Program-made: the position numbers and the translations under genes
The notes under the pieces: model-generated
Databases searched by the model: none
Seen by the model: the letters and a program-made list of their open reading frames with translations, nothing else
What the model was told of the DNA's origin: nothing
Part shown: piece after piece, positions 1-12,519 of the stretch
How the letters are laid out: the number at the start of each line of letters is the position of its first letter
Numbering within the stretch: position 1 is the stretch's first letter
DNA from: Octopus sinensis
Lineage: Eukaryota
DNA: 64,000 nucleotides
Assembly: GCF_006345805.1 (NCBI RefSeq)
Contig: NC_042997.1
Coordinates: forward strand, 68,386,001-68,450,000
Reading direction: 5' to 3'

Positions 1-57
1 ACCGACGTATAATCGAAAACTATTTAAATCGAAACGACTTAAGTCGAGGTATGCCTA
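1..57 (-). mobile_element. Terminus (TIR) of a Tigger/pogo-like DNA transposon, cut by the window edge
   Basis: Reverse complement reads TA-TAGGCATACCTCGACTTAAGTCG, resembling the CAGGCATACCTCG start of Tigger-type TIRs; abuts a (TA)n tract. Confidence 0.45.
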
Positions 58-65
58 TATATACA

Positions 66-146
<81 letters not shown>
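58..146. repeat. (TA)n microsatellite
   Basis: Directly visible. Confidence 0.95.
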
Positions 147-153
<7 letters not shown>

Positions 154-170
154 AAATTTTTACTAATTTA

Positions 171-527
171 TTACCAGTGGCCTACATGTATAAAAAGTTA
201 ATAAATGACATATTATTCAATATAAAATAGTGTACATTTAAACACAAAGAGAAATTTACCTTTAACAGGTAATTTCTACACGCTAGGAGACAGTCAAAAA
301 CGACTTAAGACCACAAAAAATTTAAGCAATTTCAAAGGGAACGAAAAATAGCAACTTTTACCTTTTGTTTTTTTTTTTAGCTTGTAAGGTAAAAGTTTTT
401 ATGTTTCATTCCCTTTGAAATTGCTTAAATTTTTTGTGGTCTTAAGTCGTTTTCGACTGTCTCCTAGCGTGTAGGAATGACCTATTACAGGTAAATTTCG
501 TTGTGTTTAAATGTACACTATTTTATA
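171..527 (+). mobile_element. Foldback MITE-like element with ~140-bp inverted arms
   Basis: 221-364 is the imperfect reverse complement of 386-527, with a ~21-nt spacer; a second partial copy lies at 56948-57120 on the minus strand and shares the end TACCAGTGGCC. Confidence 0.8.
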
Positions 528-531
528 TATA

Positions 532-566
<35 letters not shown>

Positions 567-652
567 TTATAAATACAGAGGTGCACACACACACAGACAT
601 ACACAGACACAGACACACACACACACACAGACACACACACACACACACACAC

Positions 653-706
<54 letters not shown>
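527..706. repeat. Compound (TA)n/(CA)n microsatellite
   Basis: Directly visible; explains ORFs 503-727. Confidence 0.95.
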
Positions 707-707
<1 letters not shown>

Positions 708-1444
708 ACACTGAAACTCTTTTCTAATTATATTCTCGATTGAATGTAAATCGTTTATTTAATTTTTTTTGTCAAATTCCCGTTGAATACGATCAGTCAA
801 AAAACTTTTGTACTCATAATTTCATATTTCATATTTTCTTTCTAATGTACGAACACGTTCATTTCTTTTCTATCGGCAACTTAATTTGTATTGGCTACTT
901 CATGTTGTCCATTCTTGATTTTATTGATTCTGTCTCACTTTATTTCATAATATGCTGCATTGATTCATTTCGCCTTGGTTCCATTATACTTGCTTTACAT
1001 AAGATATTGTCACTGGTAGATTATAAAGTTAGTGCTCATAGAGTATTTTATCATTTATTTTATAGTATCGTTATAGACTATTTGATAATTTAAGCAATGC
1101 ACCATAACAAGATTGAACACAGTAATTTACTTGTTACTTGCAGGTTATATTGGTTCTTCTATATTTTCTCACAAAGTCTGTCATTAGTTAATGGCTAATC
1201 CAAAACAGATTTACGATGCTAGGTTTCAACTGTATGCAGTAATTGATGAATTTTTACAATATCTAACTTCAATAGAATTAAGTTATTATTTCAAATAACT
1301 GAATAATTTAAAGCTAAGTTTACATGAAAATTAGTCAAATTGGTTTACTAGCCGTATCAATGGCAAATAAGGACGAATATTATGAATTACATCATGAATG
1401 TAAAGCATATAAAATTCATTTTTCTGCTAACTTTTATCCCTTAC

Positions 1445-1755
1445 TTCTTCTTTCTGTCATTAGAGCGCGACCATGCTGAGGCATCACCTTGAGTAACTTT
1501 TATTCTAATAATTGAACCCGAGTTTTTTTAGCCTTTGCCGAATCGCTAAGTTATGGGGACGTAAAGGCACCAACACGGTGTAAGGTAGACAAATACATAC
1601 ACACACGTATGTATAGATATATACGACGGGCTTCTTTCTGTTTCCGTCTACCAAGTTTACTCACAAAACTTTGGTCAACTCAAGGGTATAGTAGTAGACA
1701 TTTTCTCAAGGTGCAACGCAGTGGGACTGAACCCGGAACCACACAGCCACGCCGG
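1445..1755 (-). mobile_element. tRNA-derived SINE, bipartite type B (head with A/B-box-like motifs, central microsatellite, tail ...CAGCATGGCCGC...)
   Basis: Minus strand carries GGTTCCGGGTTCAGTCCCACTGCGTTGCACCTTGAG and tail motifs; matches many other copies in the window. Confidence 0.8.
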
Positions 1756-2372
1756 CGCCTGATATTTATGGTAGCGATATTTCAATTATATTTTTCGGTA
1801 AGATACATGTATTTCTTCAAAATATTATTTTCATATATTCCTACAAGTTTCTTTCACCTCTGAATTATGATTCATTACTGTGACTAGTAGAATGGAGAGT
1901 TAGAAATGTTAGTATAAAATATTAAAGTCCGCATAGTATTAAGTGTTCTACCTCTATATTTTGATTCCAAGTCTTTGGGTTAAGTTTGTCCTAGATTGAT
2001 TAAATAAGTGTAAACTGAATAGATTCGAACTTCCCTTTAAGAAAACTGACTGTTTTTCCAATGTAAGAGATTCGATTTGTATAGCAATTAAAATTAGATG
2101 CAGTTATAAATAATGTACATAACATTTTTATAAAGAAACGTTTTTTTCCCCCTTTTTTTCTGATGCAGATAATCTATTTTGAAGTAACCCTAGTCCTGAT
2201 CTCGGCTTATGTATCTTTTAAGAAAACATACGAACCTAACACATCAAAGAAACTGACATGTTTTTCTTTCTATGACATTTTTATTTTTATTTTATTTTAT
2301 TTTTTACTTAATAGGGCTGTGAATCGATACCATTTAATCAATATTGGTTCAGTGTAAAGCATACATCTCGAG

Positions 2373-2373
<1 letters not shown>

Positions 2374-2417
<44 letters not shown>

Positions 2418-2442
2418 GTTATTATTATTATTATTATTATTA

Positions 2443-2496
<54 letters not shown>

Positions 2497-2500
2497 CATT
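2374..2500. repeat. (CAT)n(TTA)n trinucleotide microsatellite
   Basis: Directly visible. Confidence 0.95.
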
Positions 2501-3007
2501 GCTTTAATATGGGCAACCGAATGAAAAACTGTCATTTGAATTAAACAAAGCCATATATATTTAAAAATGTGGATGCTTTCTTGTGACAAGAGCCATTGAG
2601 TAAGAATGAACCTAGGGGTAAGCCGAACTCACAAGTTGGTATCGAGCTTCTCTTGTATTTTACTTACGCCGCTAATGCTTTTAGGAAAGACATGAAAGCT
2701 GCATTTTCCGGTTTCCCTCACCCTATATAAGTCCGAGTTCTTGTATTAAATCATTGTTATGATATTCTTGGTAATGGGAGAAATGCTTTTTATGTACCAT
2801 TTCTTGCACCCAACCCATATCCTCTTCACTGTAGCGCTAATGTTTATACATATGTATATTTATATATTTTGAATTATATTCCAATGGAAATATCTTTCCT
2901 GAAAAGAAAGAACAATTAAAATGTTTCTCATAATGAGTAAATAGACTTTTCATTTTTTGTCCAGTATTCCATGCTTACATGCATACATACATACATACAT
3001 ACATAGA

Positions 3008-3040
<33 letters not shown>

Positions 3041-4604
3041 GCACACACACGTATGTACATACATAAGACAGACAGACAGAAAAATAGGCATATATAAATC
3101 TTTATATTTATCATGAGATACGTATAGACATTTGCAAGCTCAGGGAGGGACTAAAGTAAATATGTAGAGTATACTTGTACAGCAATTTACAGCAATTCTC
3201 TATCTAAAAATAGCTAATGGTGCAGCCTCTACAGCTTACTTGATCTGCTTGAAATAACATTAAATCTCACACAAATCACATTACTGAGTTAAACAATAAA
3301 ACGAAAATGGCATATTTCAAAAATATAGCCAAGATATGTTAGTTCGTTCAGAACTGAGCTAAACAACACCTATTTGTAAATAGATGTTTTTAGAAGAATA
3401 GATATATGAATGGCTAAAAAATGTCATGCTGATAAATTGTCATGGTGAAGAAGGCTTATGATGAAAGGTACATCACAATCTCGTCTCTTTGTTTCTCTAA
3501 TACTATACTACAAGCAGCGAACTAGTTAGAGTGATGGACAGAATGTCTCACGGTACTTGTTCGATTCTCCGTGCTTTGAGTTCAAATCCTACCTAGTTTA
3601 ACTTTATCTCTTCTTCTTTCGGAGTTGAAGAAAATACTGTCAGTCCAGGAGAGTGAATAGGCGGAATTGTCGGAGCAATACCTGCGGTGAATGTTCTGGC
3701 CCTGTGCATAGTTAGTTCAAATTCCGTTCCATCATCCCAAAACGGTGACATATTACATACTGCAGTCGACAGATAGTATCAACAATTTGAATAAATCAAT
3801 GGTAAATTGGTTCCTTAGTTTGATCGGAAATAAAAGAAAGAATCCAGCAAAGTATTTTCTCTGACATCCTAACTGCTCTATCATGTTGCTGCCTTTTATT
3901 AGATCTTTATTAAAATAAGCTCAGTGATGGACAGGAATACGAAGGTTACTTCGTAATTACGTAATTCTCGATTTAATCCTACTATACAGTATCTTGGGCA
4001 AGTGCCTTCTAGCAAATCTTTGAGTTAACTAAAGCTCTGTGAGTGCGATTTTGCAGATGGAATATAAGTGAAAGTCCATCTGAAGGACCGTTTCTGTTTT
4101 TATTTCTGGTTGATAGATTTCATACGTTGTACGGTTTAAAACTAATATCAGACCCATAGAGGCCTTCAGCAGACATCTCTCACTTGCAGCATTGGAATCA
4201 GTCACAGAAAAGTTAAAAGTGGCTGTAAACGCTTCTTTTCCTCCACATATCAAGTCATAAAATAATTTTAAAAAATCAATATTTTGGGGTAATATTTCTT
4301 ATTTCGTATTTAAGTGTAAGACTTTATGATTTATAAAGTCTCAATCAGTATCCAATAGCTGATTCATAAATTTATAACACAGCCAGTCTTCAGTAGCTGC
4401 TTTATACATTTATGAAGTTTTTACAAATAACCTATTGGTTAATAAAAGAAAATAAAAATGAGAAGAACCTCATTATTTAGCAACAATCAAAGAAATTAAA
4501 TTCAATATTACACTGAAGGAAAATAAGACAAAATGAACCTAATCTTCGTAACAGATTGTACTATAAGACCAGATATTGAGCACTCATTCTCATTGTTCGG
4601 CATT

Positions 4605-4651
4605 TACGTATATATGTATATATGTATATATGTATATATGTATATATGTAT

Positions 4652-4729
<78 letters not shown>

Positions 4730-4985
4730 ATATATATATATATACACATATATATATTATATCTATATATCTATATATTTATTTATTCATATCTATCTAT
4801 CTATCTATATATATATTTATATCTGTATATATATATTCATTTATATATGTATGTATATACATACATACATACATGCCTACATACAGACATACATAATATG
4901 TATACATACATATATACATATGTACCTTATATGTGCATATTATTGTGTACACACACATACACAAACACACACAACCACATATATA
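4605..4985. repeat. Compound TA/TATG/TACA/CA microsatellite
   Basis: Directly visible; explains ORFs 4533-4997. Confidence 0.95.
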
Positions 4986-5240
4986 AACACCTTATGAAAA
5001 CACTTGAGAGAGCCTCTACCTGGTCTCTTCATCGGCTAGAAGTAGCAGCTAGATTGGCTTAGGATTATACAAACTGCTGAAGAAAGAAAGGTACGTTTAG
5101 ACTGGTTAATGTAATCCAAGATATATATAATTTCTGAGTGTAAAATGGTGTTGGTTTATAATTAGAAGAAAAGAGTTAACTAGAAACGACCAGAGTTAAA
5201 CAATAGTTACAACAAAAACTTATCAATACAATGTGGAATA

Positions 5241-5770
5241 CGAGGAGCATTCCAAAGTTTTTAAGACTCTTTTAGCATAATAACTGTCCTCGATTATTAA
5301 TATATCATTTCTATACACCGAATAAACTAACCAGCCAACTTTTGTTATTCCAGATTGGAAGAGACGGCTGTAACACTATTTTCTACACACACTAATAAAT
5401 ACTGTTTGTTACAGCTTGATGAGTTTTCAGAATGCAGTCGAGACGTGAAGGAAAATTGGAAGCTCACTATGTAAAATGTTTCATGTTAAACCAGACAAAA
5501 ACACTACAGAAACTTATGAAATATTTCAGCCTGCAAATGAATTAAACTGTTCGAACCGAACAAACTGTTTTCCGCTGGCCTAAGAGTCCACCGGGAAGCA
5601 CATGATGATCTTCTTTTTCCACAGCATGGGTATAATCTACATTCACTGGTTTCCCCTTGACCAGACGGTCAGCAAAGAATACTTCGTGGATGTTTTAAGG
5701 GATTTCAGGAAGAGATTTTGTATCAAATTGCAGGAACACTCGCATCAGGAGAGTGCACCAGTATGCAGTT
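5241..5770 (+). mobile_element. Degenerate, internally deleted mariner transposon
   Basis: TA followed by CGAGGAGCATTCCAAAGT (mariner-like TIR start); translation HMMIFFFHSMGIIYIHWFPLDQTVSKEYFVDVLRDFRKRF...HQESAP resembles the mariner catalytic domain. Confidence 0.75.
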
Positions 5771-6199
5771 CCACCCTGTTACCCAACTACTTTACTCTTC
5801 CCAAACACATAAATACCACAGGCTTTTCACTGCATGCAATGATAAAGGGAGTTATTCATGCCTGAACAACATTGCTACAACTAAAATAATAACATACCTA
5901 TGCAGGCTTTTTCTCGGGTACTTACGGTAATTGCTGATATCAAAATATCAGTTCACAGAAGCAGTTCTAGTTTTCTAAGGGAGTGATTTATAGTGCCACT
6001 ACCGTCCCACCTAATGATTTTCTGAGAAAATACAGAAGGCTTATAGACAATAGCTTCAAGGTAAAGCTTATTCCTCATATGGTCATTTTCGGATCCAGGG
6101 ATATTCTAAACTTATCTCCCTGTCCTGTTTTATCTAGATGCTTCTGGACCAAGGAAATGCAATATACAGGGACATTCTCGACAAGGATTCTCTCTATTC

Positions 6200-6870
6200 A
6201 GTGGAGGCGCGTGGCTTTGTGGTTAAGGCACTGGACTCATGTTCGTTAAAATGTGGCTTCGATTTCTAGACTAGTCAATGGATTGTGTTCTTGAGTAAAG
6301 CATTTCATTCCACGTTACCCCAGTCCGACTCTGCTGGTGGAAAAGAGTATCCTTGCGACAGAAGAGTGTCCCGTAAAGGTAGCGAGCTGACAGAAACAGT
6401 AGCATGCCGGGCGAAATGCTTAGCGGTATTTCGTCTGCCGCTACGTTCTGAGTTCAAATTCTGCCGAGGTCGACTTTGCCTTTCATACTTTCGGGGTCGA
6501 TTAAATAAGTACCAGTTGTGCACTGGGGTCGATATAATCGATTTAATCCGTTTGTCTCTCCTTGTTTGTCCTCTCTGTGTTTATCCCCTTGTGCGTAGTA
6601 AAGAAATGAGTATTTCGTCTGCCGTTACGTTCCGAGTTCAAATTCCACCGAGGTCGACTTTGCCTTTCATTCTTTCAGGGTCGATAAATTATGTACCAGT
6701 TACGCACTGGGGTCGATGAAATCGACTTAACCCCTTTATCTGTTCTTGTTGTCCCCTCTATGTTTAGCCCCTTGTGGGCAATAAAGAAATAAGAAGAGTG
6801 TCCTGTACAGGAGTGAATATACACGAAAACTGGGAAACAAGTTCTATGAGCCTATATAATTTGGGATGGA
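6200..6870 (+). mobile_element. tRNA-derived SINE with CORE/MESC-like central block, interrupted by a SINE dimer
   Basis: Head GGAGGCGCGTGGCTTTGTGGTTAAGG..., central TTGTGTTCTTGAGTAAAGCATTTCATTCCACGTT; tail resumes after 6811. Confidence 0.6.
6380..6791 (+). mobile_element. Head-to-tail dimer of type A SINE (GCGAGCTGGCAGAA...GAGTTCAAATTCC...GGGGTCGAT...AATAAAGAAAT)
   Basis: Full monomer ~6380-6610 plus 5'-truncated monomer ~6611-6791; flanked by 20-bp target-site duplication AGAAGAGTGTCC(C/T)GTA(A/C)AGG at 6360-6379 and 6792-6811. Confidence 0.85.
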
Positions 6871-6974
6871 ATTTTTATCCTTTTATCTTTCTCTCTGCTT
6901 ATCCGTGGAACACAGCTAATGTATTGCTCCCAGTGAGCAACTGTACACTTTAAACCTACTTACTACTTTAGAAA

Positions 6975-9900
6975 AATAAACTGTTATTTTGCAATTCTCA
7001 TTTTTGGTGACTCATTCTGGCATTTTTCTCATACCACGTCTTTGCTCTTTGTAGGCCTTGATTTCCACAGAGTTCCTAATGGATCATCCTTGCCACATTG
7101 TCATGACGTCTTTGGTATTTGCGTTGTGCCAATTTCGGGATTCGCTAACAATATGCCATACCGTTTCACCCCTCTCACCACACATTCTGCATTTGTCGCT
7201 ATCTGTAGTGTTGTCTATTCTACATTTCATACATCTGGTTCTTAACGCTTCTTCCTGAGCTGCACATATGACTGCTGTCTCGATCTTCAGGTCACTACAC
7301 TTCATCCATAGTCATCGGTCCTCTGTATCTCTTTTCGCGTTCACATCTCTTCCAAACTGACCGTACTTTTTCTTTTCCTTCCATGCTTTTTCTTTCTTTT
7401 TTTTTTGCTCATTTCTTGTTTAAATTTTTTTAGTCACACAATTTTCAGTTTTGATGATGCCGGACCTCTTCGTGTGTTTCAAAGGCGACTCCACGGCATT
7501 TTCTATATACCACCCTAGGGGTTTTACTCTGACTCGATGCAGTCCTGGCAACTGATCAAACCTCTTCCACCATTTCTTCTAGACAAGTACACTCTTAGGG
7601 TGGAAGGCTTCGTGCACTGTTAACATTTTTTGGGTCTCAGTATCCATTTTCTTCATTTCTCTTTTTTGCCATTTTATAATTCCCGCTCCATACCGAAGTG
7701 ATGCTATCGCCCACGTATTACCTGCTTGGATTTTATTCCATCCAGTCAATTTTGAGCGCAACACCAACCTTAGTCTTCGGAAATACTCCATACTCAGTTG
7801 CTCTTTCATTTCCTTTTCCATTATCTCGTTGAACTCTAGTACACCAAGTTACTTGTATCCTTCCGTTTTCAATTTGCTTAATCAAATCTCTATTCGGTAA
7901 TTCTATTCTTGCAGGGGACTGTACCTTGCCTCTTCCGCACTTCTTGAGTACAAATTCCATTCTAATATCAGTACTAAAATAGTGGACCGTACACCAAGTA
8001 ACTCGCTTGTATCTCATCTTTGCCATATAGTTTCAAAGAGGATTGTTTGGGATTTTCCTTTAGTTGGTATCCCAGGTTCATTTTTCTAAGTACTAAGATC
8101 GGGACTGTCATGCAGAGAATGAAAAGCAACGGAGATAGGCTATCACCATGGAAAATCCCTCTGATACCCAGGGTGCTCAAGCTTTATCCGTAAGATGTCA
8201 TTTCAGTTTTCCATCCCACGTTGCATTCCTCGCAATTCCAAACAGATCTAAGCACTCGATGATCAACGAATGTGGAATCATATCATAAGCTTTGCGATAG
8301 TCAATCCAGGCTATTCCCAGATTTGTTCTCTTTCGCTTACAGTCTTGCTTTACAATTTTGTCTATCAATAGTTGATATTTGGTACCTCTGCATTTCCTTC
8401 TACAGTCTTTTTGTTCCGGCGGTAATATATCATTCTCAAGAAATTTATACAGTTCTACTATTCCTCCTGACAGTAACTTCCACATTAATGGAAGCTGGAA
8501 ATTGGTCTGTAATTGTCAGTATCATTTCCCTTTGATGCGTCCTTCAGAAGCAATACCGTTCGTACTATTGTCAACTAGCCCGGGATTTCTTCTTCTCCAT
8601 TGATTATTGCATTAAATTGCTCTGTGATCAAGTTATGGCACCTACTGAAATTTTTGGTCAAAAATCTTTGTACGCCATCAGATCCTGCTGCTTTCCAATT
8701 ACTTCAGGCAGCAGAGCCAGTCAGCTGTAGTATTATGTTGTTCTTGCTTACTCCATATCTTACCCCAGAAAAATCGAATTTCATCAGCATCAGGGACTAA
8801 TCTTATACGTTTTTTATCGTCATTAATCTCTTGGTAAAATTTGTTTTGTTGGTATGACTTAATCCGTTGTTCAAACCTAGTTAGCTTTGCTTTTTTTGCA
8901 TACATACGCCGCTTCAGTTCTTCAATTAGAACATTCAGGCCTTTTGTCTACACCGTACTTCTTCCTAACATTTTCGAATTTCCATTCCTTCTCAAGGTCT
9001 CCATTTCTTTTCCCAACAAGTATTGACACTACACTGTTCAAGGAGTGTATATCTTCAGAAAATCTCCTTTTTCACGACGGTTGTTTATTTCCCCTTCTAT
9101 TTGTCGCTGTTCTATTCTCAGTAGTTCTCAATCTCATCCTTTCGGCCAGAATACTACTAAAATTATTTGTTTGTGTGATGTTCTTTCTTTCAATGTGTCT
9201 CAGTACATTATTGACTTCATTCGTCTCTTGATTTATTCTCCATTGGTTAGCCTTCTTAAAGTCGCACATAAATCCTGTTCTTTCTGTATTTAATAGATCC
9301 AAAATTCTGTCAATTATCAATCGATCTTCATTGTTTGAGTAGTCACTGATCTCAATTCTTTCACAATTCATGATATTATATTCTTGCGAACAATTGTCCG
9401 TCTCTTCCACTATACCACTTTCCTTTCTCGCATGTCCACCCTCACCTGATATCCTTCTTTTAATAGCTTCTACCTCCAGTTCTGTTAACCATCCATTCTT
9501 TCGTATTGCTCTTCTTTGGTCACATAATCTCTGTTCAGTAATTTCGAATAGTTCCATTGCTTTCCATGCACTGTGCATTCGTTTTCTGTACCCTCAATGG
9601 GGTGCTTCAGTAGTAACACTCCATAACCATCATGTTTACTTGTTTGCTCCACTTATATCTTGTAGCACGGATAGCAGTGCTGGATTACGACCGGGCCCAC
9701 ACAGCTACACAGTGGGGCACCTGCAGGGTGCTGCACCTTCACCATTGGTTCCAGTGCCGTTCACACCGTTATAGTCATCTATTTTGTTTGGCATTTTCAT
9801 TCACATATGAGGTGTGTTTTTAGGTTACTACCAACCAGTATTTTTATCGAGACACCATCTCTATCAAGATAGTCCGCCACGGTAGCTGGGCCCTTGCTCC

Positions 9901-10120
9901 TCTGGCTTTGAACTCAGAGTCTTCCTTCTCCTAGGCTACTTGGCATCCAAAGCTAACGAGTATAGCCTACCCAAAGGACTGGTTATTTGAAGGTGCCAGA
10001 TACTCGCCTTTTCCCACTCTTTTCCTGTTGGTTTGGCGAAGAGTCGGGCTTGACTGTCAGAGGACAGATTTACGCAGGACATTGAGACATTTTATAAGTG
10101 ATGGGCACTCAACTCACCTC
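6975..10120 (-). mobile_element. R4/Dong-clade non-LTR retrotransposon (RT + zinc knuckle), degenerate, 3'-truncated, retains 5' UTR
   Basis: Minus-strand ORFs: EQRLCDQRRAIRKNGWLTELE (N-terminal), [15 protein letters not shown] and GIFHGDSLSPLLF (RT), LKIETAVICAAQEEALRT...CRMCGERGETVWHIVSE (CCHC); many stops and frameshifts. Confidence 0.9.
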
Positions 10121-10589
10121 CTCCTCCATCTTGTTGTTGTTGTTGTTATTATTATTTTTTGGGAGCAATACATTCTTTGACATCAGTCAGTTTGATACCA
10201 CAATGGTGGGCATCGCAGGTTGTTTATATTGATATTATAATTTGATTTTGCTATGAATGAATATCATCACCTGTTATCTAATCTATCTGTTGACTTGTTG
10301 AATCGTAGTGAGAACCAACTCGTGTGCTACTGGCGTAATTTCACATTTGCTAGAAAATCTGTTAAACATACATTTAGTGGATTCGGTTATATTTTTCTTT
10401 TTTCTTTTTATTTTTGCAGGAAAATCAGAAGTTTTGAAAGAAGAAATAGTTTTTTGTTTAGATTTTATACGTGCTTACTAAAATCCAACTAACAGAAATA
10501 TAGCGGTAATTTCAGTTGATTTATTTAATGTATTCTTTTTCCAGACTTAACAGTGTGGCTATTATTAAAAGATATGTGATTAGACTGGA

Positions 10590-11552
10590 AGTGACATTCA
10601 AAATTATGCGAAAAGAAACGCACATACCTTTAAAATGAGCAAACACTTTGTCTTTGGGATTATCCGTCGGAAGGATAATCGTAAGGACAAAGAAATAAAA
10701 CCCCACAATATGGTAGAAGCCATAGCCACTCATAATAAAAAGGAATGCTGGTGGAATGTACCAGTGAAGACGTCAATAAAATGTAAGCACAACGGACTTG
10801 ATATAATGATTTGGGATAGAGGAGAGAAACTGTGCACAGTTGTGAAAATTAACTCCCTAGCGGATGTTAACATAAAGCTGAAGATCAGTGAAAAGGAGAA
10901 TGCCTACTCTGAATTATTGAGAAATCTGCAGTTACCCTATCCATATTACAAGTTCAGGTTTATACTGTGATCACTGGGGCCCTGGGATATGTAACACACT
11001 GCCTAAATATCAATCTTGAGAAATTAGGCTTCTCAAAATCAGAAAAGAGAAAGCTAATTCGAAGACTACAGATCCAATCCACCACTGGAACTGTAAAAAT
11101 CTGTAAAACTTTCCAGAAGTTTATCATTTAAATATATATGAGCATGTCTAGATATACATCTATATGCATGAGAATACATACATAAAACATACAAATCAGT
11201 ACATACATACATACATACATACATACATACATACATACATACATACATGCATACATGCATACATACATACATACATACATACATACATACATACATACAT
11301 ACATACATACATACATACATACATACAAAAAATAATCCTGTTGTTGATGTTAAAATTCCAGTGAAGGAACCTTGGATCTAGGTTAGAAACCGGTTATTTC
11401 TCTATTGACAAGAAAGCTTGAAATAAACTGAATAATGAAATACATGCAAAAATACCCTGCTGGTGTTGAAATACCAATGAAGGAGCTTTTAATCTAGGTT
11501 AGAAAACGGCTCTTTCTCTATTGACAAGAAAACGTCAAATAAAACCGAATAA
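10590..11552 (+). mobile_element. 3' end of an RLE-type LINE (restriction-like endonuclease domain + 3' UTR with (TACA)n and two ~116-bp tandem units)
   Basis: WWNVPVKTSIKCKHNGLDIMIWD...EKENAYSELL...GALGYV resembles the RLE C-terminus (PD...E..K); stop near 11128; tandem tail units with ~116-bp period. Confidence 0.8.
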
Positions 11553-11670
11553 GGACACATACATACATACATGCATGCATGCATAAATATATGTATGTGC
11601 GTGTGTATGTGCGCGCATATGTGTTGATTCGTTATGTATGAACTACGATGACAATAGACAAATGTATGTT

Positions 11671-11705
<35 letters not shown>

Positions 11706-11706
11706 A

Positions 11707-11738
<32 letters not shown>

Positions 11739-11753
11739 CATACATTCCTACAC

Positions 11754-11858
11754 ATGGACTTCACTTCAAGCCAGTTACGTTGGGTGGTGACTGGACAATT
11801 TGCATTGTTTCTGCTTCTATATTATACCCTTCCTTCTTGTCATGAGAACCGAAACTTG
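11754..11858 (+). CDS. Candidate first coding exon with signal-peptide-like sequence (unverified)
   Basis: ATG to TTG|GTAAGT, 35 codons MDFTSSQLRWVVTGQFALFLLLYYTLPSCHENRNL; hydrophobic core and consensus donor; no recognisable homology. Confidence 0.25.
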
Positions 11859-12223
11859 GTAAGTGGCATTCTTTCATTGTTGTTGAGTCGCGTGATGCCT
11901 TGAATACAGCAACAGAGAGTGCATTGCCTATTAATGATTCGCATGAATTCGAGTTAGACTTGTGTTTAGGGGATGGAAAGTGAAGCACGCAAAATGTACC
12001 TAAACATCAAATGTTATAGAGGCAAGCATTTGTGTGGTAGATAGGACTGTCACTTTCTAAATATTTGAAGTTGCTAAACAAGCAAAAAACTGGTTAAAAT
12101 GGCCAGGAACTACAAACATCACACGTTTCAAGTGGGAGTGCTCTGTAATGACGATTTACATTCACGAGTAAATGCACTTACACACGTGCGCGCGCGCGCG
12201 GACACACACACACGCATGTATGC

Positions 12224-12276
<53 letters not shown>

Positions 12277-12519
12277 GTAATAGATCTCTCTCTCTCAAGT
12301 CTAGCCGCATCGAGTTGTAAGGTCCACCTAGGATTACTTAAGGTAAGCAATCGCAATGAATTTCATCCGATGGGTAGAACGTGTGTTCGCTTCACTGGAT
12401 TATAAATATTCTATCGTGTGTGTGTCTATAACCAAGACAATTACAATAAATACAGAGATTAGTGCATTTGCATATAAAAACTTAAAGAAAATGTGTAGAT
12501 GTATTCATCTCCGTATTCA

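Noticed and set aside
2590-4260. Possible terminal exons (…KDMKAAFSGFPHPI* near 2690-2730; ISYVVRFKTNIRPIEAF…* near 4117-4260)
   Set aside because: Short frames expected by chance; no homology recognised and no consistent gene model.
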